DNA of 64,000 nucleotides from Mobula hypostoma (GCF_963921235.1 NC_086097.1:38752001-38816000), one strand, 5' to 3'; shown: positions 25,050-37,455, numbered from the stretch's first letter. A program made the numbers and translations. Notes: generated from the letters alone by a model not told the origin.

Positions 25050-25290
25050 ATTCTTAGTTGTCAAGGATACAATGGAATGGTTTACTGGGCTATTAAGAGT
25101 CAAACAATTTGTCGAGGGACCAGGGTCACACCCAGGGAATAGCAATGGGATTTCTTTTCTCCAGGGACCTAATGAATCATTAGTTTTTTTTAAGATTAGT
25201 GAATACTTTTTGATACCAGGTTTTTATTTTCAGATTTATTTTATATTACGGGCTTTAATTTCTCAAACTGTCATGGTAGGTTTAAAATTA
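25050..25290 (-). mobile_element. Degraded tRNA SINE (Meta-domain-like), family of 54225-54635
   Basis: ttaagagtcaaaca..gggtcaca..gatttcttttctccagggacctaatgaatca resembles 54310-54400. Confidence 0.4.
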
Positions 25291-25469
25291 CGGAGAAAAA
25301 AATAAATCATGTGGCAAGTTTTTAGCAGTGAAGTGATTAATAAGTTGAACAAAATGGCAACAATTAAGTTTGATTGAGAGCAGCAAAACTAGACAGATCA
25401 TTAAGGTTGTACAAATGGGACAAATTACTTGTTGCCTGCATTGAAATATTGATCTTGGAATGTCTTTTA

Positions 25470-25530
25470 GTAACCATAGCAACGAAAGATCATGCACAAT
25501 AACCATGGCTACTGCGAACTGTAAACAATA
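25470..25530. promoter_or_regulatory. RFX X-box pair plus forkhead site
   Basis: GTAACCATAGCAAC (25470-25483) fits GTNRCCATRGYAAC; ATAACCATGGCTAC (25499-25512); TGTAAACAATA (25520-25530); lies in non-repetitive DNA. Confidence 0.45.
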
Positions 25531-26304
25531 GAAAGCCAATGTCGCTTTGCAGAAGTGATTAGCGTTTGACTGGTTTTTAAGGTGATTTGTGTGTGCAATC
25601 TCTTGTAAACTACCAGCATTTATCATCAATCAAGGGATCTCTAAAAGCCCAATAACCATGTCCGGAAACTGCATCATTTCATATTGTGACATTAGGGCCA
25701 GGGAGTGAGTGAAGCAGGGAACATGATTAAGATGGTATTTATGGAAATAAAATTCCTTTCAACTTTATATCAACTGAACTGCAGTAAAAGTAAAAGGAAT
25801 CGAAGTTTAAACTGCTATTGCTGCACCCTCCAGAAGCAGTGAACTGCAGTGATAACCAGAAGCCAAGACACTGTGGAGAGATGCTGGACAGATGCTGAAC
25901 AGCCCACTCAGTTTCCCTCTCTCAATGGTACTTTGTGTGTTGGAAAGAGGAGATGAGTACTTACTTGAACAGAGTTCAGATGTTGCAAGATCTGTGCTCC
26001 TTTCCCCATAGAGTACATGTTATCTTTGCGTGGGAGCAATGCTGACCTTCTCTGTATCATTTCTGGTGGCTACAAAGAGGGATACAGCAATATTAAAGCA
26101 AACCAGCTTAATGGGAAATAAAGTGTTACATTTACTGTTGTGTTAAATAAGAAACCTTCTGCTCCCACTGGTCAGTGGTGAGAAGGAAAAAAAGAAAGCT
26201 AATTGTGTGTTGAGTCAATGGGAAATATTAATGGTATGTGCACCTGTTTTTGCTGTTGATGAGAGTGAGGAGAGTATAATTCAGAATGTTCCAGCAGGTG
26301 AATA

Positions 26305-26399
26305 TGAGAGAGAGAGAGAGTGAGAGAGAGAGAGTGTGAGAGAGTGAGAGAGAGTGAGTGAGAGAGTGAGAGAGAGTGAGTGAGAGAGTGAGAGAGAGA
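26305..26399. repeat. (GA)n/(GAGT)n compound microsatellite
   Basis: Directly visible. Confidence 0.95.
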
Positions 26400-27001
26400 T
26401 AATCTACAAATAATACTCAGCCTTGCTGATTTTCCTTCCCTGCATCTTTGTCTAGAGGTCTAGAAGTCTAGATTCCCTCTGCAATATCTCTCGTGTCTGG
26501 TGAGGAACATGCTCACTGCTCTTGGAGATAAGCTGTTGGTAACCATGGTGTCTGCCTCCTGCAGCTACTTGTTCAAAAATGCTTGCTGCTTCCTTGTGGT
26601 ATCACAGCAGTTTGGTTTCTCATTGAAATAATTATTTCCAAAGTGATATTTTCCAGTGAAATTACAATGAGACATAGAAATTAATATAACCCAAGCATGA
26701 TATGAGTAGACGTTTTAACATCCAAGATCTACCAGGATTAATATCTGGGCTGCTTTATACATTATGCTTTGCTTACATTATGTTGAGGTAATTCATTAAG
26801 GTCCTTGTCCCACTTCAAGGCTCTGGGACAATCAGAACTATATAAACAAGAATGTGATTTCATACATGCTTATTTGTCCTTGGAAAAAGAACTTTGCTTA
26901 ATACTTGATATTTCAAATGATCTAACATCTTGCTCCATATTATTGGACAAACATAAATGTACAGTATGACTGGTAGCTTAAAACAATTCCAAAAGATCTT
27001 T

Positions 27002-27220
27002 AACAGGAGAAACTCTGCAGATGGTGGAAATCCAAAGCAACACACATAAAATGCTAGAGGAACTCAGCAGGCCAGGCTGCATGTATGGAAAAGAGTAAAT
27101 AGTCACTGTTTTTTAATCAGGACACTATAGAAGGGTCTCAGCCTGAAACATCGAAGGTTTACTCTTTTCCGCAGATGCTGCCTGGCCTGCTGAATTCCTC
27201 CAGCATTTTATGTGTGTTGC
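27002..27220. mobile_element. Mini Penelope-derived fold-back insertion
   Basis: 14 bp TSD tccaaaagatcttt at 26988-27001 and 27221-27234; inverted pLTR arms. Confidence 0.9.
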
Positions 27221-27307
27221 TCCAAAAGATCTTTGCCATTTATTTCTCATCTACTTACCCAAAATCTTTCCTGAATTTACAATGAAGGATCAATACGTTA
27301 AGGGCAA

Positions 27308-27557
27308 TTATTATTGAGCGATACAGCCGCGTTGCCCCAGCAACCTCACAACCTCTATTAACCCCAAACTAATCACGGGACAATTTACAACGACCAATTA
27401 ACCTATCTGGTGGACCTTTGAACTGTGGGAGGAAACTGAAGCACCTGAGGAGAAACCTAACATTCCACAGAGAGACTCCTTACAGAATGGCGCTGGAATT
27501 GGACTCTGAACTCCAGTAATAGTGTCGTGCTAACCGTTATAGTACCATGGCACCCCA
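27308..27557 (-). mobile_element. tRNA-derived V-SINE
   Basis: ctgtgggaggaaactgaagcacctgagg..ggaattggactc..gctaaccgttatagtaccatggcaccc. Confidence 0.78.
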
Positions 27558-28802
27558 ATAATGGAGCCCATATTATTACCCATCCATCAATGTAATCAAG
27601 ATATGGGAGCCAAAATGTTCTAAACTAATGAGGTTTGAGGTTATTCAAAAACTCTTTAATGCCTCATCCATATACATTTGAACCTAGACATAATCATTCT
27701 GTGAAAAACTGAAACCTACGACTATTTGCTGAAGCTGTCTAGATCACTGCATTTGACCTGGCAGCTACGGACTGTTACTCTCATTGTGGGTTCGTTTCCT
27801 CTTTATTTTGCTGAAGGGGCTCTCTACGGCAGCAGCTCAAGGCTGCCATAGCTATGGGACTCATCACATTCAATGCCACTGCGTCAAAAAAAAGTCTAAA
27901 TTTCAGAAGTGAAAAGCAGAATTCTGACTCAGATCAGTGCCTCTGGCCTTATTGAAATCACTGAAGCAGTCAATATCTCGGTTATAGAGAAAACAGCAAT
28001 CGCATCATGCTGTTTTTTTCCCCCTGTGCAAGTATGAGCCAATATATTCATGAAGCAACTGGTTTAATATTCAATGTGTCTTGCAAGCATAGGAGCACAG
28101 GAGATTAACACAACATTTTCTGTAACACAGTCCCCAGTCGCAGTGTTACACAGAAGCAATATGTCCAAATATGGCAGTCACAGATAGAGTCAAACAGCAC
28201 AGAAACAGGTGCACCATGTTCATGCTGATCATTCAGCACCCACTTCACTAATGCACTTTGTCCATAGCCTTCCATGGTTTTACAATTTATGTGCTCGTTA
28301 CAGTTAAATGCTCCCTTCCACCTGGTTATCATGAATCAGCATCCCTGTGACATGCTCATAACAGATCCTGTCTTTCACAAGGTTGCAGTCAGTTGCAGAG
28401 AGGTGTCATGGTCAGATGTGGAGGGGTTGTCCTTTAGCTCCAACAGCCATCCCGCTGCAGTCTGGAACTCCGCAGGAATGATGACTGTATTGTAATGGCC
28501 TCCTAGAAACCCAGCACAAACTCACCCGATCCCGTCCTAGGATTACTCGTATACTGCTCATGAGTGGAATGGTAATCAGTTCCATTCATGGGTACTGATG
28601 GCTGGCGCTCTCTTGCTCTGAAAGCAAAATGTGGCCAGTCGGATACAGCCTTGGCATGATAGATGACCTCAGCGTTGCGGTCCTTTAACCTCTCTCATGA
28701 TGGTTAAATTTCCCAATAAACTTGTGCCTCTTTCAAGGTTACAACAGGTTGCTGGATCAATCAGGTGATGGTTCATCAGGAATGTGACAGTTACTCTTCT
28801 TT

Positions 28803-29205
28803 ATAGAACCTAGAATGGTACAGCAAGTACAGGCCCTTTGGTCCACAGTGTTGTGTTGCTCCTTTAACCTTTAACCTTTAACCTATTCCAAATTAATCTA
28901 ACCCTTCCCTCCCACTTACCCCTCCATTTTTCTTCCATCCATTTGCTTCTCTGAGTTTCTTAAATGTCCCCAATGTATCTGCCTCTACCACCACCCCGGC
29001 AGCGTGTTCCACAGACCCATAACTAGCTGTGTTAAAAAAAAACTTACCCCTGACATCCCCCCCCCGATATTTTCCTTTCAGCATCTTAAAGTTATGCTTC
29101 TTTGTATTCGATGTTTCTGCCCTGGAACCATCCACACCTCAGTACATCTTGTACACCTCCATCAAGTCACCTCTCATGCTCCTTCTCTCCAAAGGAAAAA
29201 GGCCC
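28803..29205 (-). mobile_element. CR1 LINE 3' end
   Basis: GDVRGKFF..VVEADTLGTFKKL; CR1 UTR acaggccctttggtccac. Confidence 0.85.
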
Positions 29206-30302
29206 TTTGTTCCATCCAAAGTAACTTTGTACTTCAATATCAGACGCTGGAAATCTGAGCAACACACACAAAATGCTGCAGGAACTTAGCAAGCCAGACA
29301 GGCAGACACACACACACATCAAAATAAGTTAGTTTTGATCCAACAACTTCTGCACTGTTGAAAAATACAAGGAAATGTAATAACATATCTAAAGCAATAA
29401 AAATCACAATGGATTCCTCATTGGACTTGCCATAATGAGTGAGTGCTTTGCTGATAATGAGGCAAGTTTTATGTAAAAAAAAGCTCATTTAAAAATGCCA
29501 TCTTTTTCATTATGCTAGACATCACTTGCTTTGAATTTTGATATCAGTAATATATATCCAGAAGTAAATCAGCTCATAAAGGAAGGCCTGATTTTCTTTA
29601 AATGAAAAGTGGCAGATTTGACTGCTGCTCTGCTAAGGAGCAAGCTGTTCTTTAAAATCACTTCGGGATGGTGGTGATCAGTTTCTTTGAATGTATAAAT
29701 GAGAAGATCGGAACCAATTATCAACACAAAGACCGAAGTAACTAAATATAGACTGCCATCATTGGATTGAATTGACTAGATTTGTCAAACCAAGCAATCA
29801 AAGTGTTAAGAGAAATAAAGTTAAATTTACCTGCAAATCCTAATTTAGTAATAGTTGTTTGTTAACGTCAGAAAGAACTGCGCAGTAAAAGAAAGGACGA
29901 TTAGGTTATAGCAAAAATGAACACATTGAATAAAAAATGTGAATCAGCATCAAAACAGAATTCAGCAATCACCAGGAAAGAGGGATGAACTTGTAGAAAA
30001 TCAGGACCTACAGACTGCATGGGACTTCTGTCTGATAGAATAACTCACACTTGCACTGACAATTTACTATTAGGTGTTTGTTGCCATTGTTGTGACCGTG
30101 ATCAAAGTCACCGGAGAGACACTGGAGCTGGTCTTTGTTCAGCACAACATGCAGACATCATTCTGGAAACACTCTTGGTGGAGACTCACAAACCCAAAGG
30201 TACATCACATTTTTTATACCCCGAAGGTAATAGCCGATTCAATACCGTTTCATTAGTTACAATGAAATCATTTACTTCAGTACTTTGGGTTGATAATGCT
30301 CC

Positions 30303-30364
30303 TTAATGCATGTATGCATTTCTAAATGACAATAAAAGAGGACTAAGTGTTCTCATAATCTAAT
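30303..30364 (+). mobile_element. Extreme 3' fragment of the 49312-49975 retroposon family
   Basis: ttaatgcatgtatgcatttctaaatgacaataaaagaggactaagtgttctcataatcta is nearly the exact reverse complement of 49312-49371. Confidence 0.85.
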
Positions 30365-30569
30365 TTGAATTATGTATCCACAATGACAGATGTCTCTGAA
30401 TGTTCAAGCATCCTTGTCACAAAGTAATTCACACAAATAGTCTAAAAGTTTCTGGGGGAAGAAATCCCAGACACTCAAAGGTAATGTTGGCAGTCCGTCT
30501 CTGAGTATACAATTATCATAGGTACACAAAAACTACTGATTGTTTATACCTGACCATGCTAAATATGCA

Positions 30570-31158
30570 AACTTCCTTAGGAGTCTGCGGAGGTTCGGCA
30601 TGTCATCGAAGACCTTGGCAAACTTCTATAGATGTGTGGTGAAAAGTGTGATGACTGGCTGCATTACAGCCTGGTACAGGAACACCAATGCCTTTGAGCA
30701 GAAAATCCTACAAAACGTAGCTGATTCAGCCCAGTACATCACGGATAAAACCCTCTCAACCATTGAGCACATCTACTAGAAACATCGCCATAGAAAAGCA
30801 GCATCCATCATCAAAGATCCTCACCACCCAGGCCAGGCTCTTTTCTCACTGCTGCCATTGGGTAGAAGCTATAGGTGCCTCAGGATTCACACCACCAAGT
30901 TCAAGAACAGTTACTACCCCTCAACCATCAGGCTCTTGAACAAAAAAGGATAGCTACACTCACTTAAGGACTCTTATCTTGTTATTTCATGCTCGTTATT
31001 TATTGTTGTTTATTTATATCTGCATTTGCACAGTTTGTTTAAAGTTAATAATTCCTGATATTATAGTTTATATTACTGTTCTATAGATTTGCTGGGTGCG
31101 CCCTTAATAAAAGAATCTCAGGGTTGTATGAGGTAGTATGTATGTATTCTGATAAAAT
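30570..31158 (+). mobile_element. Rex1/Babar-type LINE 3' part
   Basis: FLRSLRRFGMSSKTLANFYRCVVKSVMTGCITAWY; tail gataaaatagtttactttgaactttgaa. Confidence 0.9.
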
Positions 31159-31319
31159 AGTTTACTTTGAACTTTGAAGTGACAATGTCTATCTGGTCTG
31201 TCAGCTTGTACTCAAGTCACAATGGTGCAAATAATTTAGCCACATTGCCTGGTTTGATGCAAGCCAATTAACACAATCCCATTGTCTTAATGTTTGACTT
31301 TTGCGTATGCAATCTCTTA

Positions 31320-32373
31320 GGCTACGTCCACACTACGCTGGATAATTTTGAAAACGAAGCTTTTTCTCTTCATTTTGACCCTCCGTCCACACTAAAGCGG
31401 CGTTTTCATCTCCCGAAAACGGAGATATTCAGAAACAGTCTCCAGAGTGAATAAATCTGAAAACGCCTAATATCCGTTGTAGTGTGTACGGGGTAACGGA
31501 GAGATTTAAAAATGCTGTCATGACAACACCACAACAACAATGCTTTTTCTGCTTCTGCTTGGTACTGCGCAAGCACTGCCGTACGGCTGTTATAACGTGC
31601 AGTCGGTGTGAACGGTGTGAGAGTTAAATTGTAAAGTGAGCTTTTTTGACTATTTAAAAACGCTGCCATGACGTGCTAGAACAGATGGCCGCAGCGTGAC
31701 ATTTCGTTGTTTTCTTGAACGTAACCCCCCACACAACCTAACAATTTCAGAACAGATGGCAACAAGACTGAAGCCAGAAGAGTTAGAAATGTACTCACCA
31801 AATACTTTGACCCATAGCTTACTGAATAAATAAGTATACTCACTTTGCTCTGTTTTCAGTCCTTGCTTGTATGAAGGTGGTTTACCTATTTATGCAAGTA
31901 CTTCTCTGACAATAGATGTGTAACAAGCCTAATGTAACATTGTATGGAAACACAAGATAACACTGATGCAGACATGTTTTATACATTTAACAAGGTGCTT
32001 TATTAATGCAACAGAGCTAGTCAGTTTTTCAATGTTCGTCGTCAGCCGGATCATACTGTCCGTGAACTCCCTGTCGGTTGCCTCCATACGCTCCAGTATT
32101 GGTTTTTTTTTTAGTTTTAAGTCCTCCTGCGCGAGAGCCAAGAGCAATTCCTTTGAAGTTTTTCTACTCTGTAACTGGACAAATGCGCACTAAGTGTACC
32201 GTTTCCTCTTCGCTTGTTTTCTGTGTGTCCTGTGCGTGCCCAGTAGAGGAGATTCGCCCAAATATCCGTCTAGTGTGGACAGAGATATTTTGAAAAACGC
32301 TTTGTGTGTACGCCTGTCGTTTTTACTCGAAACCGGCATTTTCAAAATTATCCGGTGTAGTGTGGGCGTAGCC
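31320..32373 (-). mobile_element. PIF/Harbinger non-autonomous DNA transposon
   Basis: TIRs ggctacgtccacactacgctggataattttgaaaa / ttttcaaaattatccggtgtagtgtgggcgtagcc; 3 bp TTA TSD; internal LAQEDLKLKK..ERMEATDREFTDSMIRLTTNIEKLT resembles the C-terminal coiled coil of the Harbinger Myb/SANT-like partner protein. Confidence 0.9.
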
Positions 32374-32380
32374 TTAGTCT

Positions 32381-32663
32381 TCCCATTGACTTGTGGGCAA
32401 TCTTGGGAGAGACGAAAGCTACAGGAGTAAACCCAGACAGCAAATCTGGTGTGGAGCCCCTAAGGCAGCTGGACGTCACTGAACATCCTTCTGGCAGTTT
32501 CTGCAGCCAAGTTGGTGCCAAACGTATTGCTTCATAAGCTTTCCCTTGGACTACACTGGAGAGGCCAACAGGGGGATCTTGAGGACTGGGCTTCTCAGGA
32601 TCGCCATATCTTCTACCCAGGCTCATCATCACCCATTGTCCTTTGAGACAGACGCATGCCAAC
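32381..32663 (+). mobile_element. Bipartite RTE-type non-autonomous retroposon
   Basis: 5'UTR-like ggagtaaacccagac..gcagccaagttggtgccaaacgtattgc; RTE-type end ccattgtcctttgagacagacgcatgccaac; 14 bp TSD caatctcttagtct. Confidence 0.65.
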
Positions 32664-32755
32664 CAATCTCTTAGTCTGTAGAGCAACCTGCGCTTTTAAC
32701 TTAAATTTACTACATGCAAATTACAAAAAAACTGAGGCTGCCCAAACTTACTTAT

Positions 32756-34094
32756 ATAGAAACATAGAAAATAGGTGCAGGAGTAGGCCATTTGGCCCTT
32801 CGAGCCTGCACCGCCATTCAGTATGATCATGGCTGATCATCCAACTCAGAACCCTGTACCAGCCTTCCCTCCATACCCACTGATCCCTTTAGCCACAAGG
32901 GCCATATCTAACTCCCTCTTAAATATAGCCAATGAGCTGGCCTCAACTGTTTCCTGTGGCAGAGAATTCCACAGATTCACCACTCTCTGTGTGAAGAAAT
33001 TTTTCCTAATCTCGGTCCTAAAAGGCTTCCCCTTTATCCTCAAACTGTGACTCCTCGTTCTGGACTTCCCCAACATTGGGATCAATCTTCCTGCATCTAG
33101 CCTGTCCAATCCCTTTAGGATTTTATATGTTTCAATAAGATCTCCTCTCAATCTTCTAAATTCCAATGAGTATAAGCCTAATTCATCCAGTCTTTCATCA
33201 TATGAAAGTCCTGCCATCCCAGGAATCAATCTGGTGAACCTTCTTTGTACTCCCTCTATGGCAAGGATGTCTTTCCTCAGATTAGGGGGCCAAAACTGCA
33301 CACAATACTCCAGGTGTGGTCTCACCAAGGCCTTGTACAACTGCAGTAGTACCTCCCTGCCCCTGTACTCGAATCCTCTTGCTATAAATGCCAGCATACC
33401 ATTCGCCTTTTTCACCGCTTGCTGTACCTGCATGCCCACTTTCAATGACTGGTGTATAATGACACCCAGGTCTCGTTGCACCTCCCCTTTTCCTAATCGG
33501 CGACCATTCAGATAATAATCTGTTTTCCTATTTTTGCCACCAAAGTGGATAACTTCACATTTATCCACATTAAATTGCATCTGCCATGAATTTGCCCACT
33601 CACCTAACCTATCCAAGTCACCCTGCATCCTCTTAGCATCCTCCTCACAGCTAACACTGCCGCCCAGCTTCGTGTCATCCACAAACTTGGAGATGCTGCA
33701 TTTAATTCCCTCATCCAAGTCATTAATATATATTGTAAACAACTGGGGTTCCAGCACTGAGCCTTGCGGTACCCCACTAGTTACTGCCTGCCATTCTGAA
33801 AAGGTCCTGTTTATTCCCACTCTTTGCTTCCTGTCTGCCAACCAATTCTCCATCCACTTCAATACCTTACCCCCAATACCGTGTGCTTTAAGTTTGCACA
33901 CTAATCTCCTGTGTGGGACCTTGTCAAGAGCCTTTTGAAAATCCAAATATACCACATCCACTGGTTCTCCCCTATCCACTCTACTAGTTACATCCTCAAA
34001 AAATTCTATGAGATTTGTCAGACATGATTTTCCTTTCACAATTCCATGCTGACTTTGTCCGATGATTTCACCGCTTTCCAAATGTGCTGTTATC
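32756..34094 (-). mobile_element. CR1 LINE, young, 5'-truncated
   Basis: (ttctatgt) tail, 3' UTR and uninterrupted RT reading frame. Confidence 0.95.
32846..34093 (-). pseudogene. CR1 ORF2 reverse transcriptase, 5'-truncated open frame (about 415 aa)
   Basis: SQHGIVKGKSCLTNL, YLDFQKALDKVPH, GVPQGSVLEP, FVDD; no endonuclease domain and no native start. Confidence 0.85.
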
Positions 34095-34489
34095 AATAAG
34101 AACTGAAGCAATATTTACAATAAGAACTGAAGCCTGGTTCTTGTTTGAATTAATAACTGCTATATTAACATAACTCCAGAATACTCCCTAGCAGTTGTCA
34201 TATCATGAAACTGACAGCAATTTCTGTAACGGATAGTTTAAAGTGGAATTTCCACAGTGACTGTCAGTTTTATGCATGTGGATTGGAATTCCCTCCTGAA
34301 GAGAGCCATCAATGTCTACTCTACCTGAGAAACCAGAGAGACAGGTGTTAGAATTTACTGTGAAGGGAGAGCAGATATTTAACTGCAGCTTTCCCATTGC
34401 CATCAGCATCTAAAAACAAATACAGTTATAGGGACCTCCAGAAATATTTATCAGGAAGGAGGTGTTAATATCTGCCTGCAACTATATTG

Positions 34490-36560
34490 TAGGAAGAATG
34501 CTGGAACCTAAAGTAAAGGAAATAACAACTGAATGCCCTGGAAAGAATGAATTGGTATGGATTTATGAAAAAAAGATCATGTTTGTCTGATCTGCTGGAG
34601 TTCTTTAAGGATATGACTTGCAATCATCATCAGCGATCACTCGTAATTGAGTAAGATTTTTCTCCTGATGGTTGATCTGGTCGCTTGTGGGTCTTGAGAT
34701 GACTGAAGAGGCTGATCTGTGATATACAAGTCCTATTGCAGTGTTGCCAGGTGTAGGTCATTGAGATGGTGATGGATGTGTCTAGTTGGGCCTTTCCCAG
34801 TCTCTCCTTACATTGAACAGCCTAGTCTCAGCGGCACAGCGGAGGTATTCTTTGAGCTGTGCGGTCCCCTCATAGACAGCGCTTCTCCAGCTTTCCCTGT
34901 ACTGGGCTAATTTCTCCCATCCATTCGGGTTGATGCGGTGCTTCCTCAGGTGGGTCTTGATGTTGTCCTTGAACCGCTTTTTCTGCCTTCCAGGAGTGCG
35001 CTTTGCATGCTCGACTTGGCCAAACAGGAGGTGTTTCGAGAGACGGGAGTCAGGCATACAGATGAAGTGGCCGGTCCATCACAATTGGTGCTGAGTTGCT
35101 GAGTCACGATTATTAATGTTAGCTTCCTCCTGGATGCTGGAGTTAGTACACCTGTTCTTCCAGCTAACTCTCTGAATCTTTCAGAGGCATCTTTGATGGT
35201 GGTTTCTAATGATTTTATGTGCCTGCTGTATGTTGTCCATGACTCTGCTCCACATGGTAAGGAAGGAGGATTATAGCTTTCCAGACCAGAAGCTTGGTGT
35301 TGATGTTGATATCCCAATCTTCAAAAACCCTCTTTCTCAGCCTGGTAAAAGCTCCACTTGCACAGTATATTCTGTGATTTATTTCAAGGTCAATGTTAGC
35401 TCTTGAAGAAGGAAGGCTACCAAGATATGGGAAATGATCAGTGTTCTCCAGAGGGATGCCATCAACTTGGATGATTGGAGGTTTAGGAGCTTGATCTGGA
35501 GCAGGTTGGTGCAGGACTTGGGTTTTCTTGATGTTTAGATCAAGACCCAGGAGCTTGTATACGCCGGGCAAAAGCATCCATTGTACACTGCAGATCCTCC
35601 TGAGAGTGAGCTACGGTGGCACTGTCATCTGCATATTGGAGCTCCGTGATGGAAGTAGTTGACTCCTTGCTCTTTGCCTGGAACCTGTTAAGGTTAAAGA
35701 GCACTCCCCTAATCTGTCCTATAGAGAACCTGGACTTCTTGTGGGAGGCCTTGGCCTGTGAGGTGAAGAATGGTTGCAATAAAAACAGCAAACAGACTTG
35801 GAACATTGGTGTATCCCTGTCTGAGCCCGGTCTCAAGCTTAAAAGGTGCTGTTTCAGAGCTGGTGTTGCTGATGACTGTTCCAATCTGTAAGAGCTGCAG
35901 GACCTTGAGGTATTTCCCTGGGCACCCGATTTTGGACAGTACCTGCCAAAGGACAGAGCGATTTACAGAGTCAAATGCTTTTGTAAGGTCTATGAGGGCT
36001 ATATAACGTGGGAGATATTGTTCCCGGGCTTTCTCCTGCAATTGATGTGCTGTAAAAATCATGTCAGATGTTCCTCTAGCTGCATGGAAGCCACACTGAG
36101 ACACTGGCAGGAGATCTTCTACCAGAGCTGAAAGCCAGTCACATAAAATTTGGGTGAGTACCTTTCCTATCGTAGAGAGGAGGGAGATTCCTCTGTAATA
36201 TCTGCAGAATATATAAGAGAGAAACAGAGGCTGTGGTGCTTTTAGATTTGAAGAAGGCTTTTGATAAGGTCCTAAATACCGAGATGCATTGAGAATTGAA
36301 TACTGGACAGAAACTAAAGATGAGGAAAAATGGCTCCTTCCTAGTTTGATGGGATGTGACTAACAGAGTACTGCAGGGATCGGTGCTTGGAAACCAGCTA
36401 CTTACAGTCTATACCAATGATTAGGCTAAAGGAACAAGTGTCATGTTTCCAATTTTGCTGATGATACTAAACTGGGTGGAATTCTGAGTGTCAAAGAGAA
36501 GGTAAAAAAAAGGTATCAGGGATATATAGAGAAACTGAGCAAATAGACTGTTGGAATTCA
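34490..36560 (+). mobile_element. Old CR1 RT fragment split by an RTE insertion
   Basis: GFMKKRSCLSDLLEFF at 34558-34605 continues at 36200 (LDLKKAFDKV, VLQGSVLG, FADDTKLGG). Confidence 0.75.
34624..36200 (-). mobile_element. RTE-clade LINE, 5'-truncated, degraded
   Basis: SQCGF..RGTSDMIFTAHQLQEKAREQ, IDLTKAFDSVNR, LQYADD, MPDSRLSKHLLFG, GRQKKRFKDNIK; (gat)n tail. Confidence 0.92.
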
Positions 36561-36984
36561 ATAGGGCTTGATGAAAATGATGTCAAAGAAATACCAACAT
36601 TAGACAAACCTTAATCTTCTTGCACCACATTTCAAAGGTAGTTGACACAACAGCATTGGTAGTTTAATGTAAAATCTATATGAGTTTTACTTTGCAATGA
36701 AGATAGGTTTCATTCATGACTATGAAGCTTCATTAAATTCAGCGTCAAATTTTGTCAACTGATAAACATTGCAATTGCTTTACTGCTTGTTTCAAAACAG
36801 CAGGAAAATCCTGAATTGAAAAATTTGGATTAGAAGCAAATTAACAACCTGAAGCTAAATTTTCAATACAGCTTAAATAAACACAGTATGCTAGGAAATT
36901 CCATTATTGTTTTTCAGCATCAGGCAATAAAATTACATCAGAAATACAATATATACGTACTGTAATTCACAGTAACTCATGCAA

Positions 36985-37075
36985 GACACTGGAGGAACCC
37001 AGCGGGCCAGGCAGCCTCTGTGGAAAAGAGTAAACAGTCGACGTTTCCGGCCAAGACCCTTCATCGGGACTGGAT
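36985..37075 (-). mobile_element. Penelope pLTR fragment
   Basis: ctggaggaacccagcgggccaggcagc..gtcgacgtttccggccaagacccttcatcgggactg (hammerhead core with CUGA>CCGA). Confidence 0.8.
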
Positions 37076-37119
37076 GAAACAGATGTAAGTGACGTCAAAC
37101 AAACTCAACATTGCAATCC

Positions 37120-37455
37120 TGGAAGGATGCTTGCAATAGTTGGAGGGTCTAGGACCAGAAGGCATAGCCTCAGAGTCGGAAGATATGCCTTTAGAAGAGA
37201 TAAGGATGAATTTGTTAAGCTAGAGGGTAGAGGATCTGTGAAGTTAATTGTCTTAGCTGTGCAGGCCAGGTCATTGGGTATATTTTAAAAAAAAGGTTAA
37301 TAGGTTTGTGATTAGTAAGGGCATCAAAGATTATGGGGAGAAGACAAGAGAATGGGGTAGAGAAGGAAAGCAGATCAGACATAATCGAATAGTGGTACAG
37401 ACTAAATGGGCTGAATGGTTTAAATCTGCTACTGTGTCGTGGTCTTATTGTCTTA
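37120..37455 (+). mobile_element. CR1 LINE 3' end, degraded
   Basis: tctaggaccagaaggcatagcctcaga..aatgggctgaatggtttaaatctgct..gtcttattgtctta. Confidence 0.8.
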
